Source: Candidatus Woesearchaeota archaeon (GTDB lineage Archaea; Nanobdellota; Nanobdellia; Woesearchaeales; GW2011-AR9). Taken from it: a DNA stretch of 64,000 nt. The stretch spans positions 1,406,260-1,470,259 of the forward strand of contig JBAYIU010000001.1 of assembly GCA_041665465.1 (NCBI GenBank), in the 5' to 3' direction. The notes under the pieces are model-generated. The model worked only from the letters and a program-made list of their open reading frames with translations, had not been told where the DNA came from and made no database searches. Each line of letters opens with the position of its first letter. Position 1 is the first letter of the stretch. Positions 49,061 through 58,756 of this stretch are shown here, piece by piece. A program made the position numbers and the translations under genes.

Positions 49061-49140
49061 GAATAGAACTACTCTAGAATAACAAACCTTATAAATCTTC
49101 TTCCTTCTTTATCTCTAAAGTTTACACTTACGAGGCAAAA

Positions 49141-49851
49141 ATGGCTAAAAATTTAGAATATCAACTTATTTCTGGAGAATATGGTGCAGTTGGAGAATTA
49201 ATCGAAACCGGTTATCGCTTACAAACTGCTCGTGAATTACAGGATGATCGCTGGCAAGACGGTCAAGAAGCATTACAAAAGAAGGGATTTTATGTTGCTA
49301 ATGGTAGTGCTTTATATCGAGATCGTAAGAGTGGTCGTTTAAGTTGGGCTTGTACCGATGGACAACATAACTTAATTCTTAAATCTCCCCGTCGGGCATG
49401 GGATTTAAGAATTTTATCTGAGGATGGTATCTGCCGTCCGGGTAGTGCTAGAACCTCTTGGAATGCTATTAATCATGAGAGTACTCAGAAGTTCTTCTTG
49501 GATGACCTAGAACTGGTCCTAGGTTATGGTAATTCTTCTTTTATGCCAATTAAAACAGATAATTATGGTGCCTTAAACCCAGAGCAAAAAAGAGCTGCAA
49601 GCGCTGTTGGTTATACTGAACAGAATGTTGCTTATATGGCCAAGAAAGGAATTAAGGAAATTCATTTGGGATTGCTAAATTCAGAATACTTAACAAGGGT
49701 CTTTGCAAAAGAAGGAAAAGATCCTATTTGGTTGGTTTCTTCGCTGTGTGATGATGAGACTGTTGATCAAAAAGACTTTTCTTATTTCAACGCGAGAGAA
49801 CGCTACACCGATGGCTCTCTTCTTCTTCGTGGAGTGCGTGAGGTTAAGTAA
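49141..49851 (+). CDS. Hypothetical protein, possibly CLec-fold (DGR-target-like C-terminus)
   Basis: GYRLQTAREL motif; ends FNARERYTDGSLLLRGVR. Confidence 0.65.
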   Translation: MAKNLEYQLISGEYGAVGELIETGYRLQTARELQDDRWQDGQEALQKKGFYVANGSALYRDRKSGRLSWACTDGQHNLILKSPRRAWDLRILSEDGICRPGSARTSWNAINHESTQKFFLDDLELVLGYGNSSFMPIKTDNYGALNPEQKRAASAVGYTEQNVAYMAKKGIKEIHLGLLNSEYLTRVFAKEGKDPIWLVSSLCDDETVDQKDFSYFNARERYTDGSLLLRGVREVK

Positions 49852-49854
49852 GTT

Positions 49855-50532
49855 CTAAATTATCCTTAACTTCGTTAATTCTTTTTCTAATTCAACAACG
49901 TTCTTAGCTTGGACCAAACAAATCTTCTTTAACCCTTTAGAAACATAAGGGTCCCATCCTGCTAGTATAAAAGGAACATCCAATTCTTTGCAAGCAAAAT
50001 AATCTTCTTCTTCATTGCCAATATACACTTCCGGTTTTCCATGGGTTGAAATAAACCGCTGCAACAATTCTTTCTTGTTTGGTTCTTCGTGTAACGGACT
50101 TAGTTCTTTAAAATCAAATAGGTCTGAACATCCTGCTAATTCTAAGATTGGATTAACGCTCTCTTCAGGAGAAGTGGTAATTAAAGCTAGAGTATACTTC
50201 CTCTTCAATTCCTTGAGTAAGGTAATAATCTCAGAATATCTCAGTTTGTCTCTGAGTTGATGAGCTTTTCCCAGATAACTCATCTGAAACAAGCTGCGAG
50301 CCATTTTCTTAAGCAACAGTTTATTCTCTTCCTTCTTGGCATCTAATCCTGTGTACCTTTCTAGTACCTTATACACTTCAGGAAAATAATCCTTTTTCTT
50401 TGCAAGGGTCTCTACAGACGGGTCATTTAAAGCAGCAGCCATAATTCTAAACCATTCTTGATGTGCTTTTTGTCCTGCTTCTTCACAGATTAAAGTTCCA
50501 GAAAGGTCTACTGCAATTATTTTCTTAGACAT
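49855..50532 (-). CDS. HAD-like hydrolase (degenerate motif I)
   Basis: AVDLSGTL, LITT, PNK, YIGNEEED. Confidence 0.8.
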   Translation of the reverse strand: MSKKIIAVDLSGTLICEEAGQKAHQEWFRIMAAALNDPSVETLAKKKDYFPEVYKVLERYTGLDAKKEENKLLLKKMARSLFQMSYLGKAHQLRDKLRYSEIITLLKELKRKYTLALITTSPEESVNPILELAGCSDLFDFKELSPLHEEPNKKELLQRFISTHGKPEVYIGNEEEDYFACKELDVPFILAGWDPYVSKGLKKICLVQAKNVVELEKELTKLRII

Positions 50533-50570
50533 ACTTATTCTTTCCTAAAGAAGATTAAAAACTTTTCTGT

Positions 50571-52982
50571 CTAATATCTACTTAATGCTAACTTAAGAAT
50601 CTGGTATACTTTAGGATATTTCTGGATTTTTAACAGATCGGTATGCAATAATTGTGATCCTGAACAACTACCTTCTACATAATAATTTTTCACTCCAGGT
50701 AGTTCTGCTTTTTCTTTCAATACCACTCCATCTCCGTCTACTCCATTAGTTTCACATCCTGTGCCCACAATATTATAAATGGGTATTTCCGGAAGAGGTT
50801 CTCGATTTAGCTTATTCAAGAACAGACTATTTTCACTCATATCTCTACATTCCAATTGTTCTCCGATTACCGGACAATAATCCGCTACGTCTCCCACCAC
50901 TCCATTGTTGGGAGTACCAATCATTACTAGTTGTGAAACACTTTCCGATCCAAATACTTGAATATATCTACGAGCGACTAATCCTCCCATACTATGAGCT
51001 ACGATTATTACTTTAGACCTTCCGGTTTTGTATTTTATCCAGTCAATCATATCCTTTAAACGGATAGCGTAAGTGTCAATATTTTCACTTTTAGTCTGTA
51101 CTAAACTGTACTGGCTAGCTTCTTCGAATAGATCATAATAATAACTTCCTTTGAAAGTAAATGGTGCAGGGATTTGTTTCCAGATCCCTTTAGTATCAGT
51201 TTTAAAACTGTATCCTGAAATTGCTCCTGCATTTAGGTATCCTTCTTCCACTAATTGGTTCTGGATAAAATTAAACGCATCTAAACTGTACTCAGTGGAT
51301 ACATCTTTGTTAAAAGCGTGACCATGGATAAATATAATCGGATATTGTTTAGGGTCATCTTGACAAGTAAGGTTAAGGCAACAGGCTTTTTCTTCTCCAT
51401 ATACTGGACAGGTTTGAGATGGTTCTTCTAAACTTATCTCAAAGGGAGTAATATTTACTGATTCTTGTTCAGAAAAATTTGCTAAAGGTAAATTAATGAG
51501 GTCTAAATCTAGAGGATAGGTTAAGCAACTTGGTTGTTGTCTGATTAATTCTTCTACTAATAGATTGGTAGGAGAAGAATCTATCACTCTAGAAGAATCA
51601 TTAAGGATTAATCCTTGTAATGCTTTTACAATTATTTCTGAACCTCTAGAAAGATTATTCAAATGAGCTTTAGCTTGGGTTGATTGAAGCAGATCAATAT
51701 TAGCTCGAGCGTTTTGTATTAAGGTACTGCTGTTAACATCTCTAGAGCTGCTTGGCAAAGAAGCTTTGGTTTGGGTTAATAACAGTAAAAAGTCTGCCGC
51801 TCTTTGACATGATTGGTTTAAAGAATAGCGATTTTCTGTTCCCATGGACGGGAAAGAATGAGTCACGCACATTCCATTAATCAGGCATAATACTTCTTGG
51901 TCTATAGCCAAAGCCACTTCTAGATTTAATTTCTCAGTTAATATCTCTTCTTGAACTGACTTATTTAAACTAAAGGCATAGTTTTCTAACTCTAAAGCTA
52001 ATTGTTGTTTTTCTCCTAGGGTTCCTTTTTGATTGAACAATTCCTGTTTGTGATTATAAGTGATGACCGTTTGATTTAAGGCTGTGATAAAGCCCGGATT
52101 TAATAGTTTAGATTCTTCCTTAAGATGTTGTACTAATTCTTGAGCACCTTTAACTTGATCTTTGGCTTGGTTTAGTTGTAATAATAATGGTGAAACTGCT
52201 TGATTCCATTGTTCTAGACGCAAACTTATGGCTTGAGAATTAGACTCAATCTTTTTCAATAATTCTTCTACCTTAGAAAAATCTTGAAGTTCCCATTCTC
52301 GGGCAGTTTGATTAAATAATTCTCTATTTTCTCTTAAACTGCGATTGATATCTTTTGCAGGAAAGTCTACTTCTAAGGTCAATACTTCTTTTATTTGATT
52401 GTTTAGTTGTTCAGTTCTCAACGTTTCCTGTTCTAACTCTTCTTGTTGAATCAGTTTCTGATTAAAATTTATCTTAGTACTATCCTTCATATCTAGCTCT
52501 TCTTGACTTAAATCGTGGCTTAAGGTAATTATAATAGAACGAGTAATGTTGTCCTCAGCAGTATGACACCAAGTGGTTTTCTTGCTATAACAGGCGATAT
52601 TAAACTGATACAATTCTTTACCACTTCCTTTATGATACGGTTTTAAAGTATATTCTCGGTAAAATGGCGATCCTGGACGGATGGTAAAGGCCAAGTTATC
52701 TATCTCTCGATTGTGGCTTAGGTCTTGAAACAGTGAATTACATTTCGCTTGACAGAAAGGGTTAGTTTGTACCTTAACCTCAAAAGCTACTTTTTGTTCC
52801 TGGCCGTTGTCTAAGTAAATGTTCTCATTATTGGTACTTAAAGTGATCAAGATATCGTTTCCTAATAAGAAATTCATCCACAACCAGATTTTTGTCCCGA
52901 AAATGAATAATAATATGATTAAGAGTATCCCTGCGGGAATAATATACTTTTTATTCTTATTCCACCACGTTCTTTTAACCAT
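50571..52982 (-). CDS. Membrane-anchored alpha/beta hydrolase with coiled-coil stalk
   Basis: N-terminal TM, Cys-containing domain, long coiled coil, then PIIFIHG, AHSMGGL, GTPNNG, GDGVV and H. Confidence 0.88.
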   Translation of the reverse strand: MVKRTWWNKNKKYIIPAGILLIILLFIFGTKIWLWMNFLLGNDILITLSTNNENIYLDNGQEQKVAFEVKVQTNPFCQAKCNSLFQDLSHNREIDNLAFTIRPGSPFYREYTLKPYHKGSGKELYQFNIACYSKKTTWCHTAEDNITRSIIITLSHDLSQEELDMKDSTKINFNQKLIQQEELEQETLRTEQLNNQIKEVLTLEVDFPAKDINRSLRENRELFNQTAREWELQDFSKVEELLKKIESNSQAISLRLEQWNQAVSPLLLQLNQAKDQVKGAQELVQHLKEESKLLNPGFITALNQTVITYNHKQELFNQKGTLGEKQQLALELENYAFSLNKSVQEEILTEKLNLEVALAIDQEVLCLINGMCVTHSFPSMGTENRYSLNQSCQRAADFLLLLTQTKASLPSSSRDVNSSTLIQNARANIDLLQSTQAKAHLNNLSRGSEIIVKALQGLILNDSSRVIDSSPTNLLVEELIRQQPSCLTYPLDLDLINLPLANFSEQESVNITPFEISLEEPSQTCPVYGEEKACCLNLTCQDDPKQYPIIFIHGHAFNKDVSTEYSLDAFNFIQNQLVEEGYLNAGAISGYSFKTDTKGIWKQIPAPFTFKGSYYYDLFEEASQYSLVQTKSENIDTYAIRLKDMIDWIKYKTGRSKVIIVAHSMGGLVARRYIQVFGSESVSQLVMIGTPNNGVVGDVADYCPVIGEQLECRDMSENSLFLNKLNREPLPEIPIYNIVGTGCETNGVDGDGVVLKEKAELPGVKNYYVEGSCSGSQLLHTDLLKIQKYPKVYQILKLALSRY

Positions 52983-53132
52983 AATTCTCTTTAAAACATC
53001 TTTTAATATTTAAAATATACTCTTTTCATAAGTGGAGAATATCGATTGCAAAATGATGGTTGTAATAGTCTAATTGCTAATCCCCAGTAAGAACAAAAAC
53101 TATATAAATATCCTCGTTAAAATGAATTAACT

Positions 53133-53423
53133 ATGGCAAAAGAGATTAATCCAATTGAACGGAAAATCAGTATGGTGGCTGCCGCTTCTGAAGCGTTAGC
53201 TTATAAGAAGAAAAATCCCGCCCATGATAGCGATCGGGTATTACAGTACATTTCTAAAAATGTGGCTATCGGTAAAGATGAGATTACTAAAATGGGAATG
53301 ATTGCTGCAGCTACAGATGCGTTAACTATTGTAGAAAAACAACCCGCACTGAATGAGAAGGACGTGTTAAGGAAAGTTATGGATAACCTTCCCGGGATAA
53401 TTAATAACATTAACGACATTTAA
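53133..53423 (+). CDS. Hypothetical protein with an internal two-fold repeat
   Basis: MVAAASEAL / MIAAATDAL halves; TATA element upstream. Confidence 0.75.
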   Translation: MAKEINPIERKISMVAAASEALAYKKKNPAHDSDRVLQYISKNVAIGKDEITKMGMIAAATDALTIVEKQPALNEKDVLRKVMDNLPGIINNINDI

Positions 53424-53533
53424 TTTTTTCTTTTTCATATTTATTTTTCTGAGAGTGTGCTTGTAACTCTACTTCTATCTAAAAGTTTATATAGCTGAAG
53501 TATTGAACCTCTTTAATAAAAAGAGTGTGAAAT

Positions 53534-55459
53534 ATGCAATACAAAAATCTTACTTTAGATCCGTTTCAAGAAGATGCCATTAAAGCTATTGAAGCAAACA
53601 ACTCAGTAGTTGTTTCTGCTCCTACTGGAAGCGGTAAGACCTTAATTGCTGACTTTATCATCGAGAAGCATCGAAATGATGATAAACGAATAATCTATAC
53701 TGCTCCCATCAAGGCTCTTTCTAACCAGAAATATCGAGATTTCTGTAAGGATTATGGTGAGGACAGGATAGGATTAATGACCGGAGATATTGTCATCAAC
53801 CCCAGTGCTAAAGTTTTGATCATGACTACCGAGATCTATCGTAACATGGTAGTTTCTAACGATGAAGAAGTTAAAGATGTAGCTTACGTCATTTTTGATG
53901 AGATTCATTTTATTAATGATATTGAACGAGGATATGTTTGGGAAGAATCAATAATCTATAGTCCTGAAACGGTACGTTTTCTTTGTCTCTCTGCTACTAT
54001 CCCCAATGCTGAAGAATTTGCTCGCTGGATTAAAGCGATTAAACATCATTCCGTAAAAACTGTCGTCTCTGTTACTCGTCCTGTTCCATTACAGATGCAA
54101 TTTTATGATTATGAACAAGGGTTAACCACTTTAGAAAAAGTAAAAGCAGTTTTGGATGATCCAGAATATCGAAGAATGCGCAGTAAGAAGACTAAAAATA
54201 GAGTAAGGGTTCCTGCTCCAGATCATACTGCTTTAATCAAAGAGATAGGTAATGACAAGTTACCTTGCTTGTTCTTTATCTTTTCCAGAAATGAGTGCCA
54301 ACTTAAATCTCAAGAACTAGCTCGTAAAAACCTTTTTCCTAAAGATTTTAACTTACTTCAACGTTTTAATAAACGATTAGAAGATGCTCCTAGCGAGATC
54401 AGTCGTTTAACCTCTACCAAGATTCTTAGAGAAACCTTACCTCAGGGAATAGCGTTTCATCATGCTGGACTTTTACCAATCATAAAAGAAGCATTAGAAG
54501 AGTTCTTTGCAGAAGGAAAGATTAAAGTTCTTTATGCCACAGAAACTTTTGCTGTTGGTATCAACATGCCAGCTAAAACTGTAGCTTTTGATTCTTTACG
54601 CAAGTTTGATGGATACAATTTTAGAAATCTTACTACCAAAGAATTCTTCCAAATGGCCGGAAGAGCAGGTAGAAGAGGAATAGATAAGATTGGTTATGCT
54701 ATTAGTATGATCTTCCGTCCAAGTTTCAGTTATGCTGAAGTTAAACATATCACTTCTAAAGATGTTGAGCCAATTAAATCTCAATTTAAATTGTCTGTAA
54801 ATACTGTTCTTAACTTGATTAACCAACATACCCCAGAACAGATTGAACATATCTTACGTTTGAGTTTCTGGAGTTATCAACAGTTCGGAGAGAATTATGC
54901 TAAAGTTCCAGCTAGAGTATTATTGGCTAGGTATAATAGTATTGTTAGAAAATTAGAGTTGTTTGGATATATCCAAGACGGGACTATTACTCCTAAGGGG
55001 ATGTTCTCAGCTAAGATCTTTGCCGACGAAATATCAATCGGAGAAATATTTGCTACAGAGATTGCTGAGTCTTTGGATGAGTATCAAATTTTGTTAGTCT
55101 TAGCAGGATTAGCTTACGAAACCAGAGATATAGACGAGTTTAAGAACCAACATGTCGATGACCGTTTACGCAAGTTACGTAAAATTTTACATGATCATGA
55201 ATACCTTTCTAAAGAGAAGAAGTTTAAGGAATTAGAGAAAATCTCTGCTTTAGTTTATCCTGTTTTTTCCGGAGAAAGTTTCTTTAAAGTGTTAGAACAA
55301 ACTAATCTTCAGGAAGGAGATTTGATTCGGTTCTTCTTACAGATCCTGGATCGTATTGGTCAGATTAAGAAAGCTACTACAGATTATCGAGTGAAGAATA
55401 AGATGGCTAACTGTGAAGGTATCCTTAAGAAAGCCCTGGAAGGGATATATTTAGTGTAA
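53534..55459 (+). CDS. Ski2/HelY-like SF2 RNA helicase
   Basis: APTGSGKT, PIKALSNQKY, DEIH, LSAT, HHAG, QMAGRAGRRG; DSHCT-like EGDLIR. Confidence 0.95.
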   Translation: MQYKNLTLDPFQEDAIKAIEANNSVVVSAPTGSGKTLIADFIIEKHRNDDKRIIYTAPIKALSNQKYRDFCKDYGEDRIGLMTGDIVINPSAKVLIMTTEIYRNMVVSNDEEVKDVAYVIFDEIHFINDIERGYVWEESIIYSPETVRFLCLSATIPNAEEFARWIKAIKHHSVKTVVSVTRPVPLQMQFYDYEQGLTTLEKVKAVLDDPEYRRMRSKKTKNRVRVPAPDHTALIKEIGNDKLPCLFFIFSRNECQLKSQELARKNLFPKDFNLLQRFNKRLEDAPSEISRLTSTKILRETLPQGIAFHHAGLLPIIKEALEEFFAEGKIKVLYATETFAVGINMPAKTVAFDSLRKFDGYNFRNLTTKEFFQMAGRAGRRGIDKIGYAISMIFRPSFSYAEVKHITSKDVEPIKSQFKLSVNTVLNLINQHTPEQIEHILRLSFWSYQQFGENYAKVPARVLLARYNSIVRKLELFGYIQDGTITPKGMFSAKIFADEISIGEIFATEIAESLDEYQILLVLAGLAYETRDIDEFKNQHVDDRLRKLRKILHDHEYLSKEKKFKELEKISALVYPVFSGESFFKVLEQTNLQEGDLIRFFLQILDRIGQIKKATTDYRVKNKMANCEGILKKALEGIYLV

Positions 55460-55493
55460 GTTTGGGAAGATTTTTATAAATAAAAATAAAAAA

Positions 55494-57221
55494 TTACTTT
55501 CTATTATCTCTTTCATCTACTAATTGCTTGATGAAATCTTCTATCTTTACATCAAACTTGACTTCCCCCGATCGAGACCGAATCGCTAGACAGTTCTTCT
55601 CCACTTCTTTATCTCCAATGGTAACCATATAATTTGATTTCTCCATCTGAGCATCGCGTACCTTCTTGCCAATGGTTTCTGAAGAAAGGTCTAACTCTAC
55701 TCTGATCCTTTTATCCATTAATCTTTCAAAGAGATCTTGAGCGAGGAGATTGTTTCGTTCATTAACCGTAAGAATCTTAACTTGTACTGGATTTAACCAT
55801 AGGGGTAGATTTCCATTAGTATGTTCTAATAAGATCCCAATAAATCGCTCTAACGAACCGTAAATAACCCGATGTAACATTACTGGTCGTTTCATTTGGT
55901 TGTTATTATCCACATATTCTAACTCAAACCTCTCTGGCATGGCAAAATCTAATTGGATAGTGGAACATTGCCAGGTTCTTCCCAAACTGTCTCTTACATG
56001 GAAATCTATCTTCGGTCCGTAGAAAGCACCGTCTCCTTCATTTACTTTATACTTCATCTTAGTTTTCTTTAAGACGTCTTCTAAGGCTTTCTCAGCTTTG
56101 TCCCAAACAGAATCATCTCCTATTCTTTTCTCTGGGCGAGTAGACAGTTCTACATGGTCAAATTCTAAATTGAACTTTGAAAAGAATTTCTTGATCAGTT
56201 CAATGATATTATTTATCTCTTGATCTAATTGTTCTTCAGTACAGAAAATATGGGCATCATCTTGAGTAAATTTTATCACTCTAAACAATCCCGCTAGTAC
56301 TCCACTTAATTCTTGTCGATGTACAATCCCCAATTCACCTACTCTTAAGGGTAAGTGACGATAGGTCTTAGGAGTAGATTTGTAAACTAACATTCCTCCT
56401 GGACAGTTCATGGGTTTAACTGCAAATTCTCTTTTTTCATAATCCGTTAAAAAGATATTCTCTTTGTACTTATCCCAATGGCCCGAGATTAACCATAATT
56501 TCTTGTCTAAGATTTGAGGAGTAGAAATTTCTTGATATCCAGCCTTGCGATGTTCCTCTCTCCAGAAATTCACTAATTCATTGTAGATGGTTAATCCTTT
56601 ATCATGATAGAATACCATTCCCGGAGCTACATCTTGGAAAGAAAATAAATCTAATTTCTGTCCAATGATGCGATGATCGTTGTCTTTCAGTTTGCTAGTA
56701 TCTAATCTGGATTTGGAAATCTGTGCTAATAACTTCTTATGGTCAATCACTTCTTCTGTTGGGGCTATCTTAACTTCTTTTCCCACAGAAACTTCTCCTG
56801 CCGGTCCAAAACTTCTACTTAACTCAGAGAGAGGATGTCCTTTACAAGCTACGTTAAATGATTTATACCATCCAAAAGGTGCTCTGGTGATTTGATACTC
56901 TTTCTCTTTGTTTAATATCTTTTCTGCTTCTTTCAAAGCTTCTTCTGCTTTTTTAGGAGCAGCTAAGCTAGAACTTAAATGGGCATAGGGATATAAGACA
57001 ATATTCTTTGCTTTAACTTGTACTGCGATGTCTTTGACTTCTTTAACATAACGTTCTACTACTCCTTTAAGGTCAGATTCGTCAGCTTTCTCAACTGCAG
57101 AAAAGATCACTAAACATTCTTCTACTCTTTGCTTTCCTTCTTTAGCATCTTCGGCATCCTTAATAGCTTTCTTTTTAGCTTCAAACTCAATAAAATCGGC
57201 GTGTATGGCAAGTATTTTCAT
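55494..57221 (-). CDS. thrS: Threonyl-tRNA synthetase
   Basis: Archaeal editing domain (YPYAHLSS, RAPFGWYK, CKGHPLSELSR); catalytic motifs KPMNCPG, FTQDDAH, GAFYGPKID, HRVIYGSLERF. Confidence 0.97.
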   Translation of the reverse strand: MKILAIHADFIEFEAKKKAIKDAEDAKEGKQRVEECLVIFSAVEKADESDLKGVVERYVKEVKDIAVQVKAKNIVLYPYAHLSSSLAAPKKAEEALKEAEKILNKEKEYQITRAPFGWYKSFNVACKGHPLSELSRSFGPAGEVSVGKEVKIAPTEEVIDHKKLLAQISKSRLDTSKLKDNDHRIIGQKLDLFSFQDVAPGMVFYHDKGLTIYNELVNFWREEHRKAGYQEISTPQILDKKLWLISGHWDKYKENIFLTDYEKREFAVKPMNCPGGMLVYKSTPKTYRHLPLRVGELGIVHRQELSGVLAGLFRVIKFTQDDAHIFCTEEQLDQEINNIIELIKKFFSKFNLEFDHVELSTRPEKRIGDDSVWDKAEKALEDVLKKTKMKYKVNEGDGAFYGPKIDFHVRDSLGRTWQCSTIQLDFAMPERFELEYVDNNNQMKRPVMLHRVIYGSLERFIGILLEHTNGNLPLWLNPVQVKILTVNERNNLLAQDLFERLMDKRIRVELDLSSETIGKKVRDAQMEKSNYMVTIGDKEVEKNCLAIRSRSGEVKFDVKIEDFIKQLVDERDNRK

Positions 57222-57280
57222 TTTTTAATCCTCTTGTTTTATTTTTAGTACTTCATCCTTATTCTTTAAATATTTAACTC

Positions 57281-57658
57281 TCATTTCTGTTTATGTGGTG
57301 TGTTCCAATAGAGGAGACGAGCAGAAAAGTTGGGAGAATCTTTTCTAATGTAACTCTCAATTAGATTTATTCCTTCTCCCGCTTTAACTACTACTTCCTG
57401 ACATCCTTCGAGGGGAAGAGTTCCCATGTAATCTCGCCGGACTAATATCCTTTGTTCTATCCCTTCCTCATAAACAGAACGAGGTAGATCTACTATCAGG
57501 ACTTCGTCACGAGGAAGGTGAAAACGACTGCTCTCTCTAGCTAAACTCTCATTTGGGGTTAAGAAGAAGTCTCTTTCCGAATCTAATCCTCTGGTAAGTA
57601 TTCCTCGCAATTTCCCTTGCTTCCCTCCATGGTACAATGTTATTTTTTCCGGTGCCAT
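57281..57658 (-). CDS. Small ADP-ribosyltransferase-fold-like protein
   Basis: TLYHGG ... FFLTPNESLA ... QEVVV pattern; start MAPEK at 57658. Confidence 0.55.
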   Translation of the reverse strand: MAPEKITLYHGGKQGKLRGILTRGLDSERDFFLTPNESLARESSRFHLPRDEVLIVDLPRSVYEEGIEQRILVRRDYMGTLPLEGCQEVVVKAGEGINLIESYIRKDSPNFSARLLYWNTPHKQK

Positions 57659-57668
57659 TTTTTGATTA

Positions 57669-57747
57669 TAGCACTGCCTGTTCAGAACCATTCTTCAGAA
57701 AGAAAAACTAGCCCTGAACTTCCCTTTAGCAGGAAGCAGTAGTGCTA
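57669..57747 (-). promoter_or_regulatory. Structured RNA (attenuator-like) overlapping the Thr codons of the leader ORF
   Basis: Minus strand: UAGCACU/AGUGCUA outer helix, CUUCCU/GGGAAG hairpin, and 11-bp GUUCAGGGCUA/UGGUUCUGAAC stem enclosing UUUUUCUUUCU. Confidence 0.55.
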
Positions 57748-57806
57748 GTAGTAGTAGTTCCAACTAGTAAAAACTTCAATAAGTTTTGTAGTTGGTTTAA
57801 GATCAT
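57726..57806 (-). CDS. Putative Thr-rich leader peptide (26 aa; missing from the ORF track)
   Basis: MILNQLQNLLKFLLVGTTTTSTTASC*. Six ACT codons within seven codons; TTTTAAAT box about 25 nt upstream of the ATG. Confidence 0.55.
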   Translation of the reverse strand: MILNQLQNLLKFLLVGTTTTSTTASC

Positions 57807-57934
57807 CTCTTGATGGGAGTTGAGGTAAAGTATTTAAAACTTTTGGAGATTATCTTTGTTCTTACTATTAAGTAATTACAAAGCGAAAGATTTATAAATA
57901 AGTCTTGCTTAAGAATGAAAAAGGTGATTAAAAC

Positions 57935-58678
57935 ATGACAACTACAATTGATTCATTAGACGTTTTATCAAGACATATAGATTCTCTTCCTGCTTTTGAA
58001 CTAGCTAGTAATCCCTTTATCAGATATTATTCAGGGGTTCTAGATGCTTGTGGTGAAGATCCTCGTGTTGAAGGAATAGTTGAAAGATTTAATTCTAAGA
58101 CTAAGGTTCCCGTAGAAATGGTAACTCAGCACCAAGATATTCTGTACGAAGCAACTCTAGCTGTAGCTAAAGATGAACCCTTAGCTGAAGAAGTTGGTTC
58201 TATCATGGATAAGTTTATTCAACCAGAGCATCCTCTTTATGCTTTACTTCAAGTTGCTGCTTCTGGTAATCCGGTTGATTATGATTTAGCAAGAGTACCT
58301 ATCCTTGCTTATCGTAAAGATCGGGCTAATCAACAATTTGATTTAGAGTTTGGGTTAGTCTTTGGTCCTCAAGATGATGATGCAGAGAAAGCTAGAAAAA
58401 GAGAGTTAAGAGCAAACTCTATTGAACAAAGAAGTGATTATGTTGAACAGAGAATGGCCGAAATCCAATCAAAAGATTCTCGTCGATTAGTTTACGAGAC
58501 TTTAAAAGATTCTCTAATAACATTAACTAGTGCTTATTCCATTGTCCTAGAAGAAACTCAGAAGACGTTTGATAGAGCAATTGCTACTTTAGATGGGGCT
58601 TATGAAAAATCTCAATTTATTATTCTTCCATTGCGGGAAGTAATTCCAGATGATGGTAAGATTATGATAAGAGTCTAA
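57935..58678 (+). CDS. Hypothetical protein
   Basis: TTTATAAA box and SD AGGTGA. Confidence 0.75.
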   Translation: MTTTIDSLDVLSRHIDSLPAFELASNPFIRYYSGVLDACGEDPRVEGIVERFNSKTKVPVEMVTQHQDILYEATLAVAKDEPLAEEVGSIMDKFIQPEHPLYALLQVAASGNPVDYDLARVPILAYRKDRANQQFDLEFGLVFGPQDDDAEKARKRELRANSIEQRSDYVEQRMAEIQSKDSRRLVYETLKDSLITLTSAYSIVLEETQKTFDRAIATLDGAYEKSQFIILPLREVIPDDGKIMIRV

Positions 58679-58756
58679 TTATTTTTCTATTTTTATTGTT
58701 ATTTTACCCTTTACAAACAAAAAGCTTCTTAAATCCCAAATATATCCTTAACTATA

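Noticed and set aside
47926..49140. Replication origin beside cdc6
   Set aside because: The flanks are only about 65-80 nt and show no ORB repeats or unwinding element.
57669..57747. Cobalamin riboswitch or T-box
   Set aside because: Only an AAAGGGAA fragment matches. There is no B12-box and no T-box UGGNACC bulge.
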